Shown: positions 1-8,223 of the stretch, in pieces
Layout: every line of letters starts with the position of its first letter
Numbering within the stretch: position 1 is the first letter of the stretch
Origin: Actinomycetes bacterium
Lineage (GTDB): Bacteria > Actinomycetota > Actinomycetes > JACCUZ01
DNA length: 64,000 nt
Reading direction: 5' to 3'
NCBI GenBank assembly: GCA_038246545.1
Contig: JBBRVW010000001.1
Span: 11,473 to 75,472, forward strand
Program-made: the position numbers and the translations under genes
Notes under the pieces: model-generated
The model's database searches: none
Seen by the model: only the letters and a program-made list of their open reading frames with translations
Told to the model about the DNA's origin: nothing

Positions 1-609
1 GCGGCCTCCGCGCCGTCCAGCATCCGCCCGGTGAGCAGCAGCTCGCGGGCTACCGCGATCCCCGCGACCTCTGGCAACAGGTACGTCGAGGCCATCCCGG
101 GATGCATGCCGAGCGAGGTGAACGGCATGCCCAGCCGGGCGTCGTCGGCGGCGTAGCGCAGGTCGCAGGCCAGTGCGACCGCCAGCCCGGCGCCGATCGC
201 GGCGCCGTTCACGGCCGCGATGGTGGGCACCTCGAGGTCCTGCACCGTCAGCCACGCCCGGTAGAACGCGACCATCCGGGTGCGCAGCACGTCGACGGAG
301 GCATCGGGCTCGGCGCCGATCCAGGACAGGTCGCCGCCGGCGCAGAACGCCGTGCCGGCCCCGGTCACGACGACGGCCCGGACCTCCGGGTCATCACGCA
401 GGACGGCCATCGCCCGCGCCCAGGAGCCCGTCATCGGCGCCGACATCATGTTCCGGCGGCCGGGCAGGTCCAGGGTCACCAGGACCACGCCGCCCGCCCC
501 CCGGGCGACCGTGAGATCCGCCAGATCGGCCAGCTCGCCGCCGTACGGCGAGAAGCCCTGCAAGGGCTCCGAGGGGACGGTCGGAGCCTCGCTGGCGGGG
601 TCGGTCATG
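1..609 (-). CDS. enoyl-CoA hydratase/isomerase (crotonase) family, partial; the C-terminus runs off the window start
   Basis: Reverse-strand translation from the ATG near 607-609 reads MTDPASEAP...LQGFSPYGGELADLADLTVARGAGGVVLVTLDLPGRRNMMSAPMTG...AFCAGGDLS...AAVNGAAIGAGLAVALACDLRYAA, a typical crotonase fold. Not in the ORF track because it has no stop inside the window. Confidence 0.7.
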
Positions 610-746
610 GGGTGAGCCTATGCACGCTCGCCGCACGCTCAGACCCCCGCCTCCCACGCTCTCTGGCACTGCTGCTCTAGGGTGGCCCGCAGGTCCGGTC
701 AGCGGCACTCCAGCCGGACACCGAACCCACCGACGAGGAGGACCCC

Positions 747-905
747 GTGGCTGAGAGCTACACCGGAGACGCGTACTGCGTGAAGTGCAAGGAGAAGCGC
801 GACTTCACCGGCGAGATCAAGGTCAGCGAGTCGGGCCGCCGCATGGCCCAGGGCATCTGCCCCGTGTGCGGCACCAAGCTCAACCGCATCCTCGGCAAGG
901 CCTGA
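747..905 (+). CDS. small zinc-ribbon protein (CxxC...CxxC), 52 aa
   Basis: GTG start preceded by GAGGAGG; translation VAESYTGDAYCVKCKEKRDFTGEIKVSESGRRMAQGICPVCGTKLNRILGKA has two CxxC pairs. Below the size cut-off of the ORF track. Confidence 0.55.
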   Translation: MAESYTGDAYCVKCKEKRDFTGEIKVSESGRRMAQGICPVCGTKLNRILGKA

Positions 906-970
906 GCGAGCGGCAGCACGACTCCGCCCGGCGCACCCGCGTCGAGCCCTGACGGGGCGGTCACCATCTG

Positions 971-2317
971 GTGGCCGCCCCGTCGGCGTTCCGGGGCCGG
1001 CTGACCGCGCTCCGGCTACCGGCGGCAGGCCCTAGTCTCCTGCGGGTGACCGACTGGGCCGCGCGGGTGCTCGCCGAGGTGGACGCCGGAGCAGCGGCCG
1101 CCGAGTCCCGGCTGGCCGACCTGGTGCGGGTGCCCAGCGTGGGCGGCACCGACCCGGAGCACGAGATCCAGGCCCTCCTGGCCGCCGAGCTGACCGCGCT
1201 CGGCCTCGAGGTCGACCACTGGCGGCTGCCGCTGGCCGAGCTGCAGGCCGCGCCCGGTTTCCCCGGTGTCGAGGTGGACCGCGACGAGGCCTGGGGGCTG
1301 GTCGGCCGGCTGGCCGGCACCGGCGACGGCCCGAGCCTGCTGCTGAACGGACACGTCGACGTGGTGCCGGTCGGCGACCGGACGGCGTGGAGCACGCCCG
1401 ACCCGTTCTCCGGGCGGGTGGTCGACGGCGACCTGCACGGCCGCGGCGCCTGCGACATGAAGGCCGGGCTGGTCGCGGCGCTCGCCGCCGTCGCGGCGAT
1501 CCGGCGGGCCGGCGTACCGCTGCGCGGCGACCTGCTGCTCGCCTGCGTGCCCGGCGAGGAGGACGGCGGGCTCGGCACCTTCGCCACCCTGCACCGCGGC
1601 TGGACCGCGGACGCCTGTGTCGTCCCGGAGCCCACGGACCTGCAGCTCGTCACCGCCAACGCCGGCGCCCTGACGTTCCGGCTGCGGGTGCCGGGCCTCG
1701 CGACCCACGCGTCGCGCCGCACCGAGGGCGTCAGCGCGGTCGAGAAGCTGGTCCCCCTGCTGGCCGGCCTGCAGCGGCTGGAAGCCGCCCGCAACGCCGC
1801 CGTCGACCCCCTGATGGCCCGCTGGTCGCTGGCGTACCCGCTGTCGATCGGCAGGGTGCAGGCCGGCGACTGGGCCTCCAGCGTCCCCGACCTGCTCCTC
1901 GCCGAGGGCCGGCTGGGTGTCGCACTCGACGAGCCGGTCGAGCAGGCACGGGCCGCGCTCGAGCTGGCGGTGGCGGAGGTCAGTGACGCGGACCCGTGGC
2001 TGCGCGAGCACCCGGTCACGGTCGAGTGGTGGGGCGGCCAGTTCGCCTCGGGCCGGCTCGCCGCCGGGTCCGACCTGGCCGATCGGGTGGCCACCGCGCA
2101 CGCCACGGTCACCGGTGCCGGTACGCCGGAGCGCGGCGGCGCGCCGTACGGCTCCGACCTCCGGTTGCTCGCCGGCGCGGGGATCCCGACGCTGCACTAC
2201 GGGCCGGGTGACGCGGTGCTCGCCCACGCGCCCGACGAGCGGGTGCCGCTCGCCGACGTCCACACCACGGCGCGCACCCTCGCGCTGGTCGTCCTCGACG
2301 TCTGCGGCGTCGCCTGA
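971..2317 (+). CDS. M20 family metallopeptidase (ArgE/DapE-like deacylase)
   Basis: 448 aa ORF with NGHVDVVP, GRGACDMKAG and EEDGG motifs typical of M20 peptidases. The true start may be an internal GTG about 20 codons in. Confidence 0.85.
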   Translation: MAAPSAFRGRLTALRLPAAGPSLLRVTDWAARVLAEVDAGAAAAESRLADLVRVPSVGGTDPEHEIQALLAAELTALGLEVDHWRLPLAELQAAPGFPGVEVDRDEAWGLVGRLAGTGDGPSLLLNGHVDVVPVGDRTAWSTPDPFSGRVVDGDLHGRGACDMKAGLVAALAAVAAIRRAGVPLRGDLLLACVPGEEDGGLGTFATLHRGWTADACVVPEPTDLQLVTANAGALTFRLRVPGLATHASRRTEGVSAVEKLVPLLAGLQRLEAARNAAVDPLMARWSLAYPLSIGRVQAGDWASSVPDLLLAEGRLGVALDEPVEQARAALELAVAEVSDADPWLREHPVTVEWWGGQFASGRLAAGSDLADRVATAHATVTGAGTPERGGAPYGSDLRLLAGAGIPTLHYGPGDAVLAHAPDERVPLADVHTTARTLALVVLDVCGVA

Positions 2318-2565
2318 CCCACCCCTACCCCCACCCGCCCCGCCCCGCCCCGCCCCGCCCCGCCAGCCGAGCCGAGCCGAGCCGAGCCGAGCCAGTCGAT
2401 CACGGTTACGTGGTCGACTCTCGCCTTGCACGGGTTGCGGCCCGTGCAAGGCATCGGTGGATCACGTAAACGTGATCGACTGCGGGCGGAGACTGGGTTG
2501 GGCTGGGCTGGGCTGGGCTGGGCTGGGCTGGGCTGGGCGGGGCGGGGCGGGGGTGGGGGGCCGGG
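2318..2565. repeat. large imperfect inverted repeat (~100 bp arms) built from pentanucleotide tandem repeats around a central 10-bp-stem hairpin
   Basis: Left arm has (CCCCG)x5, (AGCCG)x5 and AGTCGATCACGGTTACGTGGTCGAC. The centre is CTTGCACGGG-ttgcgg-CCCGTGCAAG. Right arm has GGATCACGTAAACGTGATCGAC, (TGGGC)x7 and (GGGGC)x3. The right arm's reverse complement aligns to the left arm with few mismatches. The two ORF-track entries 1016..2449(-) and 2426..2788(+) encode near-identical mirrored peptides (MHGPQPVQG... / MHGLRPVQG...), which is the signature of this palindrome. Confidence 0.8.
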
Positions 2566-2630
2566 ACGGTTGACCGGAGGCTGTGGACAGTGCGGCGGGC
2601 AGGGACGGCCCGCCGTGCCACGCTCCGGAC

Positions 2631-3710
2631 ATGGCGCCGCACCGACCCCAGCTGAAGGCCGGGCTACGTCGGGTGTGGCGGGACGGGACCACGATCCAGC
2701 TCGGCGTCGACCCGGCGCACGCCGTGGTGATCGGCGGTCTCGACCCTGGCGCCGCCCGGGTGCTGGAGAGCCTCGACGGCAGCCGTGACCTGTCCGGGGT
2801 GGCCAGCTCGGCCGCCCTCCTCGGCGTCGACGCCGCCCGGCTCCACGAGCTGCTCACCCTGCTCGACCGGGCCGGCGCGCTCGAGGACGCCGCCACCGAC
2901 CCGCGTGCCCTCACCGGCCTCTCCCGCGACGAGCGCGACCGGCTGGCCCCGGACCTGGCAGCGGCAGCCCTGCTGCACCCGGTGTCCGACGGCGCGCTCG
3001 GGCTGCTCGCGCGGCGCCGTCGCGGCGTGGTCCAGGTCCTCGGCGCCGACCGCGTCGGCGCATCGGTCACGACGCTGCTCGCGGCCGCGGGCGTGGGGGC
3101 AGTCGTCGTCGACGACGCCGCCACCACCCGCCCGGGCGACGTCGCCCCGGCCGGCGCCGCTCCGGAGGACGTCGGGTCGCGCCGCCAGGACGCGGCCGTC
3201 CGGGCCGCCCGGCGGGTCGCGCCGTCCGTGCGCAGCACCATGCCTGCCGGCCGGGTCACGGCCGACCTCGTCGTGCTCGCCGCCGGGCCGCGTGCCGACC
3301 CGGCCACCGCCGAGCGCCTGCTCCGCGCGGGCGTGCCGCACCTGGTGGCCCGGGTGCGCGAGACGACCGGGCTGGTCGGCCCGCTCGTGCTGCCCGGCCG
3401 GTCGTCCTGCCAGCGCTGCCACGACCTGCACCGGGCCGACCGGGACCCCGCGTGGCCCAGCATCGCCGCCCAGCTGGCCGGCGCCACCCGGCACCGGCTG
3501 GTGGCCTGCGACACCGTGCTGGCGACCGCGGTCGCGGCGCACGCCGCCCTGCAGGTGCTGGCGTACCTGGACGGCGATCCCGCGCCGTCCGCCGTCGACG
3601 GCACGCTGGAGATCGCCCAGCGTGACGGGCGGGTCCGTCGCCGCTCCTGGCCGGTGCACCCGGCCTGCGGCTGCTCGTGGGGCCTCGAACCGACCGCAGC
3701 GCCGGACTGA
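2631..3710 (+). CDS. PqqD-like (RRE-type) N-terminal domain fused to a degenerate E1-like (ThiF/MoeB-fold) domain; orphan with no YcaO or precursor nearby
   Basis: N-term PQLKAGLRRVWRDGTTIQLGVDPAHAVVIGGLDPGAARVLESLDGSRDLSGVASSAALLGVDAARLHELLTLLDRAGAL resembles a PqqD/RRE peptide-binding fold. The central VQVLGADRVGASVTTLLAAAGVGAVVVDD aligns to the MoeZ Rossmann loop in this same window ([31 protein letters not shown]), but with the glycine loop degenerated. It keeps CQRCH and CGCSW CxxC pairs like the E1 zinc site. Start taken at ATG 2631 (MAPHRPQ); an upstream ATG at 2583 would overlap the palindrome. Confidence 0.65.
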   Translation: MAPHRPQLKAGLRRVWRDGTTIQLGVDPAHAVVIGGLDPGAARVLESLDGSRDLSGVASSAALLGVDAARLHELLTLLDRAGALEDAATDPRALTGLSRDERDRLAPDLAAAALLHPVSDGALGLLARRRRGVVQVLGADRVGASVTTLLAAAGVGAVVVDDAATTRPGDVAPAGAAPEDVGSRRQDAAVRAARRVAPSVRSTMPAGRVTADLVVLAAGPRADPATAERLLRAGVPHLVARVRETTGLVGPLVLPGRSSCQRCHDLHRADRDPAWPSIAAQLAGATRHRLVACDTVLATAVAAHAALQVLAYLDGDPAPSAVDGTLEIAQRDGRVRRRSWPVHPACGCSWGLEPTAAPD

Positions 3711-3781
3711 GGCGGCCGCCGCGCCGGACTCCGGCGAGGGGGCGCCGACGTCCCGCCCCGGGCGGGGGGGAGGATGACGAC

Positions 3782-5125
3782 GTGGACGACCTTCCCCGCC
3801 GGGCCGCGGCGCGCACGGTCCGGCTCGCCGGGCTGCCCCTCGGCTACGCCGGTCGCGCCACTCTCGGCCTCGGGAAGCGGCTGGGCGGACGTCCCGCCGA
3901 GCTGGTGGCCGCCGAGGTCCAGGCCCGCACCGCCGAGCAGCTGTTCAAGGTGCTCGGCGAGCTCAAGGGCGGCGCCATGAAGTTCGGCCAGGCGATGTCG
4001 GTGTTCGAGGCCGCCCTGCCCGAGAACCTGGCCGGCCCCTACCGCGAGACCCTCACCAAGCTGCAGGAGGCTGCGCCGCCGCTGCCCGCCCGCACGGTGC
4101 ACCGGGTGATGGCGCGCGAGCTGGGCGACGGCTGGCGGGCACAGTTCCAGGCCTTCGACGACGTCCCCGCGGCAGCCGCCTCGATCGGCCAGGTGCACCG
4201 CGCCACCTGGGTCGACGGCCGCGAGGTCGCGGTCAAGGTGCAGTACCCCGGCGCGGGCGACGCGCTGCTCTCCGACCTCACCCAGATCGGCCGCCTGAGC
4301 CGGCTGGTCGGGGTGCTGGTACCCGGTCTCGAGGTCAAGCCGCTGGTCGCGGAGCTCAAGGCCCGGGTGGCCGAGGAGCTCGACTACGAGCTGGAGGCCG
4401 AGAGCCAGGAGGCGTTCGCGGCGGCGTACGAGGGCGACCCCGATGTGCTCGTCCCGCACGTCGTGGCCGCCACCAGGCAGGTCCTGGTCAGCGAGTGGGT
4501 CGACGGCACCCCGCTCTCGCGGATCATCTCGACCGGCACCCAGGAGCAGCGGGACCGCGCCGGCCTGCTGCTCGCCCGGTTCCTGTTCTCGGGGCCGGCC
4601 CGCGCCGGCCTGCTGCACGCCGACCCGCACCCCGGCAACTTCCGCCTGCACGACGACGGCCGCCTGGTCGTCCTCGACTACGGCGCAGTGAACCGGCTGC
4701 CCGGCGGGCTGCCCACCCCGATCGGGCCGCTGCTCCGGCAGGCCGTCGCGGGCGACGCCGAGGGCGTGTTCGACGGCCTGCGCGCGGAGGGCTTCGTGCG
4801 ACCGGGTGTCGACCTCGACGCCGCGCGGCTGCTGAGCTACCTCGCGCCGATCCTCGATCCGGCGCGCGAGGAGACCTTCCGGTTCAGCCGGGCCTGGCTG
4901 CGCAGCCAGGCGGTTCGGGTGGGCGATCCCCGCTCGCCCGCGTACAGCACCGGGTTGCGGCTCAACCTGCCGCCGGACTACCTGCTCATCCACCGGGTCA
5001 CCGCCGGTGCCATCGGCGTGCTGTGCCAGCTCGAGGCCGAGGCGCACTGGCGGGCCGAGCTGGGCAGCTGGCTGCCCGGCTTCTCCCCGCCGACGCCCAC
5101 CCGCCGCCGCAAGAAGACCGGCTGA
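3782..5125 (+). CDS. ABC1/UbiB-family atypical protein kinase
   Basis: LFKVLGELKGGAMKFGQAMSV, VAVKVQYPG, LLHADPHPGNF and VVLDYG are ABC1 kinase motifs. The track starts at ATG 3677, which would overlap the upstream gene by 34 nt. GTG 3782 sits 4-9 nt after a GGAGGATGA Shine-Dalgarno-like stretch and is my preferred start. Either way the gene abuts or overlaps the E1-like gene. Confidence 0.85.
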   Translation: MDDLPRRAAARTVRLAGLPLGYAGRATLGLGKRLGGRPAELVAAEVQARTAEQLFKVLGELKGGAMKFGQAMSVFEAALPENLAGPYRETLTKLQEAAPPLPARTVHRVMARELGDGWRAQFQAFDDVPAAAASIGQVHRATWVDGREVAVKVQYPGAGDALLSDLTQIGRLSRLVGVLVPGLEVKPLVAELKARVAEELDYELEAESQEAFAAAYEGDPDVLVPHVVAATRQVLVSEWVDGTPLSRIISTGTQEQRDRAGLLLARFLFSGPARAGLLHADPHPGNFRLHDDGRLVVLDYGAVNRLPGGLPTPIGPLLRQAVAGDAEGVFDGLRAEGFVRPGVDLDAARLLSYLAPILDPAREETFRFSRAWLRSQAVRVGDPRSPAYSTGLRLNLPPDYLLIHRVTAGAIGVLCQLEAEAHWRAELGSWLPGFSPPTPTRRRKKTG

Positions 5126-5221
5126 GCCACTCGGCTCGCCGGTGCGGACCGCTCCACCCGAGGTCGGCACCGCTCCCCCGCATGATCGTGTGCTCGGCGG
5201 TGGCGGCTCAGCCGGGCGCGG

Positions 5222-5404
5222 TCACCAGTGCTCGGGGTCGAGCTTGGCCTCCATCGAGCGGACGTGCTCGCGGCTGCACCGCTCGCAGTGGTGCAGGGTC
5301 CGGCCGCGCTCGACCGACGCGCTCCAGCCCAGCGGCAGCCACTCGGCCGTCGTCCCGCAACCCGCGCAGGTCACCGGACCACCGGTCTCGTGCTCGTCCG
5401 CCAC
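5222..5404 (-). CDS. small zinc-finger protein (about 60 aa)
   Basis: GGGAGG followed by GTG gives VADEHETGGPVTCAGCGTTAEWLPLGWSASVERGRTLHHCERCSREHVRSMEAKLDPEHW, with CxxC...HxxxC. It is the C-terminal part of track ORF 5222..5515. Confidence 0.5.
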   Translation of the reverse strand: MADEHETGGPVTCAGCGTTAEWLPLGWSASVERGRTLHHCERCSREHVRSMEAKLDPEHW

Positions 5405-5445
5405 GGCAGCAGCCTCCCTCACGCGGGGCGTCCGGGGAAGACCGG

Positions 5446-6027
5446 TCAGCTGAGGACGAGTCGCACCGGCGCCTCGCCGACGAGCTCGTCGTCGGCGTCG
5501 CCGACATCGAGGCACGGACCGGTGAGCGAGAGCAGCACCACCGGCCGGGCGGCGTAGCCGGTGAGCTGGACCCGGACGTCGTCGCGGTCACCCTGCAGGA
5601 CGACCGGGTCGGCGGTCGTCGAGACGTCGGTGAGCTCGACTCCGCCGTCGACGAACGGGCGGCGCACGGCCTCGAGGAACCCCTCCGGCAGGCCGTCGGG
5701 GGCGTCGACGCGACCGGACACCCGGTAGGCGACGTGGCCGCCGAGGTCGTCACAGCCGGACCACCCGCCGCGCGGGGGCCGTGTGAACGTGCCGGTGCCG
5801 GACAGCCGGCCCAGCAGGTCGCGCGACACCGCGAGGACGCGGCCCTTGGAGTCGGCGGCGGCGCGGCTGTCGGCCGGCGAGCCGCAGCCGCCGAGTGCCA
5901 CCGCGCCGGCGAGCAGCCCGCCGGCGATGCGTGGCAGCCGGGAGCCGTCACCCGGCCCGGCCGGCGGGTCGCTCACCAGCTCGACCACGTCGACCTCGGC
6001 GGGCAGCCGACGGCGCGCCTCCGCCAT
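5446..6027 (-). CDS. putative lipoprotein
   Basis: Lipobox-like RLPRIAGGLLAGAVALGGCGS. Start is uncertain: ATG at 6027, or an in-frame GTG near 5976 that would give a shorter signal peptide. Confidence 0.5.
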   Translation of the reverse strand: MAEARRRLPAEVDVVELVSDPPAGPGDGSRLPRIAGGLLAGAVALGGCGSPADSRAAADSKGRVLAVSRDLLGRLSGTGTFTRPPRGGWSGCDDLGGHVAYRVSGRVDAPDGLPEGFLEAVRRPFVDGGVELTDVSTTADPVVLQGDRDDVRVQLTGYAARPVVLLSLTGPCLDVGDADDELVGEAPVRLVLS

Positions 6028-6091
6028 CGGGTCGCGGGCCGCGGGGCCGCGCCGCTCGCCCGCGGTCTGCTGCTCCACGTCAGTGGGTGAG

Positions 6092-7846
6092 TCATCGACT
6101 GGTGGGGTCACGGTCGGTCTCCGGGTCGCTGTTGATGCCATCGGGAAGCAGCCACGTCTCATGACGGTACGGCGCGCGCACCACGCCGTCGTAGTCGCCG
6201 GTGACGACGTGCACGATGTTGGACAGCGACTCGGTGCCCTCGTTGAAGTACTTCGAGTGGTCGTCGAGGTCGAGCCGCCACGTGTTGCGCGTGGGGTCCT
6301 CGGCCTCGAACCGGGTCGCGCCGAAGGACTCGTGCGACGGGTCGTCGCCGAACCGGTCGAGGTAGCTCACCGGGTCGCGGCTGCTCGCCCCGACGAATAC
6401 GTGCCCGGCGGGGACCCGCAGCTCGGCGGCGTCCTCGACGTCGGGACCCGGGCTGCCGACGAGGACCACGTCGTCGGTGCCGGTCTCGTGGTCGCGCAGC
6501 ATCGTGCCGGTGGTCGTGCTGCCGTAGGAGTGACCGACCACCGTGAGGTGCGGCTGCACCACCCGGGACGCCTGGACGGCGAGGAGGTCGCCGAGGAGCA
6601 GCTCGCCACCGTCGAAGGCGGCGCCGTCGCTACCGACGTTGCCCAGACCCGGCGCGTCGTAGCCCATCCAGGCCACCGTCGCCGTCGTCTCGTACGGCGA
6701 CAACCGGCGGGCATCCTGGGTGACGCGAAGGGCGCTGCTCGTCAACGACGACATCGCGCTGTCGATCGTGGAGTTGAGCCCGGGCACGAGGAAGGCGACG
6801 TTGTCGGCCGTGTCCAGGTCACCGACGACGACCGCCGCGCGGCCCTCGTAGCCGAACGCCCCGGGGTCGAAGACCAGCAGCTGCGCGGTGAGCTGCGCGA
6901 GGGAGAACGGGTCCTCGTCGGAGCGGACCCGGCCGAGCTGCTGCTGCACCAGCTCGCAGTTGCGCAGCCACCGCCGCTCGTCGTCGGTGAGGGCGCTCCT
7001 GGCGCGCAGCGCGGCAAGGTCGGCGGCGAGCTGCTGCTCGTTGGCCTGCGACCGGACCGCGCCGGGGAGCCCGTCGAGACGGCCGAGCTCCGACGGGTGG
7101 AGTCGGACCATCCGCTCCTGCTCGTCGGGCGTGAGCGCCGACCACCAGGTCTGCACGACACGGGGCGGCGACCCGTGCGGTGGCGGCGACCCCCGCACAC
7201 CGGCGGCCGAGCGCATCGCGGCGAGCAGCGGCAGCAGCCCGGCGAGCCGCGCCTCGTGGTCGCCGACCGGGCGGCCGTCGGACCGTCGGCCCGGGACCAC
7301 CGACGCGGCGGCGGACCGGACCTGCCGACCGGTCAGCCGCGCGTGCCCGGCGACCTGCTCGAGCACCGCCTCGTGCCGCCGGTGCAGCGCCGCGAGCCGG
7401 GCCTGGTGGGAGTCCTGCGCGGCCTGCAGCTCGATGCGCCGCAGCGGGCCGGTGAGCCCGGTGTCGTGCAGCAGGCGGTCCACCCGGGCGCTGTGGGCGG
7501 TGAGCACGTCGTCGTAGTCCTGCCTCAGCGCGTCGACCTGGTACCCGGCGTCGCGGACGACGTCGGCGTGGTCGGCGAGGAGCCGGCCGGAGCGCTGGAG
7601 CGGGTCGCCCAGCGACCGGACGACCCGGGTCGCGGCCCGCAGCTCCGCGGCGCAGCCCTGCGAGGCGGTCCCGTCCCAGCAGCCGTCCAGCAGCCGGCCG
7701 TCGTGAGCCAGGTCGTCGGCCACCCGGCCGGAGAGAGCCGCCAACCGAGCGCACCGCGCCGCCGCCGCTCGCAGCGGGCCGGGCCGGTCCGGCGGGTACG
7801 GCAGCGCGGCGACGGCCGCCGGGCCGGCCGCGGCGGACGGGCTCAC
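6092..7846 (-). CDS. WXG100-like helical N-terminal domain fused to a DUF1023-type alpha/beta-hydrolase
   Basis: N-term helical region with a W-D-G turn (LLDGCWDGTASQG), a long coiled region, a Pro-rich linker, then VVVGDLDTADNVAFLVPGLNST...VVGHSYGSTTTG (nucleophile elbow GHSYG). The GTG start overlaps the stop of the upstream small ORF (GTGA). Confidence 0.8.
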   Translation of the reverse strand: MSPSAAAGPAAVAALPYPPDRPGPLRAAAARCARLAALSGRVADDLAHDGRLLDGCWDGTASQGCAAELRAATRVVRSLGDPLQRSGRLLADHADVVRDAGYQVDALRQDYDDVLTAHSARVDRLLHDTGLTGPLRRIELQAAQDSHQARLAALHRRHEAVLEQVAGHARLTGRQVRSAAASVVPGRRSDGRPVGDHEARLAGLLPLLAAMRSAAGVRGSPPPHGSPPRVVQTWWSALTPDEQERMVRLHPSELGRLDGLPGAVRSQANEQQLAADLAALRARSALTDDERRWLRNCELVQQQLGRVRSDEDPFSLAQLTAQLLVFDPGAFGYEGRAAVVVGDLDTADNVAFLVPGLNSTIDSAMSSLTSSALRVTQDARRLSPYETTATVAWMGYDAPGLGNVGSDGAAFDGGELLLGDLLAVQASRVVQPHLTVVGHSYGSTTTGTMLRDHETGTDDVVLVGSPGPDVEDAAELRVPAGHVFVGASSRDPVSYLDRFGDDPSHESFGATRFEAEDPTRNTWRLDLDDHSKYFNEGTESLSNIVHVVTGDYDGVVRAPYRHETWLLPDGINSDPETDRDPTSR

Positions 7847-8133
7847 GGCCAGGTCATCCCGTCGCGGAGGCGCTGCTCGACCCGGTCGTAGAGGACGGCG
7901 CCGGAGCGCACCTTGGTGGCCAGCAGCTCCAGGTCGCGGGCGACCGGGTCCAGCACGTCGGCCGCGACGTCGGCGAGAGCACCCACGGCGGCGACCAGGG
8001 ACGGGTCGTGCAGCCCGGCGGGCAGTCGCCCGCAGTGGGCGACCTGGCCCAGGACCAGGGAGCTGCGGTCGGCCAGGTGCGTGGACGCGAGCAGCACCCC
8101 GCCGCTGTCGACCTCGACCCGCACCCGCACCAC
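7843..8133 (-). CDS. small hypothetical protein (96 aa), stop-start coupled to the DUF1023 hydrolase gene
   Basis: Track ORF in a consistent frame whose stop overlaps the downstream GTG as GTGA. No recognisable motif. Confidence 0.4.
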   Translation of the reverse strand: MVRVRVEVDSGGVLLASTHLADRSSLVLGQVAHCGRLPAGLHDPSLVAAVGALADVAADVLDPVARDLELLATKVRSGAVLYDRVEQRLRDGMTWP

Positions 8134-8223
8134 CCGGCCCCGCGACTGAAGCCCGTACCCCGCCGGCCGGGCTGCGGCCAGCCTAGGAAGAACGGCGGCG
8201 CGGCCGCCGACTTGTCCACAGCC

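Noticed and set aside
906-970. GC-rich inverted repeat CCGCCCG...CGGGGCGG after the small zinc-ribbon gene as a terminator
   Set aside because: A long loop and no U-tract. It may act as a terminator in a high-GC host, but the evidence is too weak to list as a feature.
2318-2565. Possible CRISPR array
   Set aside because: The repeat unit is 5 bp with no spacers and the arms are inverted rather than direct. There are no cas genes. It is a tandem-repeat palindrome, not CRISPR.
2426-2788. ORFs 2426..2788(+) and 1016..2449(-) encoding (GWAGL)n / (GRGGA)n peptides
   Set aside because: They are mirror-image translations of the inverted pentanucleotide-repeat element, not genes. They are useful only as evidence of the palindrome.
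5783-7891. Very long ORFs on the strand opposite to homology-supported genes (for example 5783..7891+, 10504..12912+, 20858..24439+, 35767..38028-, 43651..45612+, 58089..60155+)
   Set aside because: Their translations are Arg/Gly/Pro/Ala-rich with low complexity and no recognisable domain. Every one overlaps a gene with clear family motifs on the other strand. These are typical shadow ORFs of >70% GC DNA.
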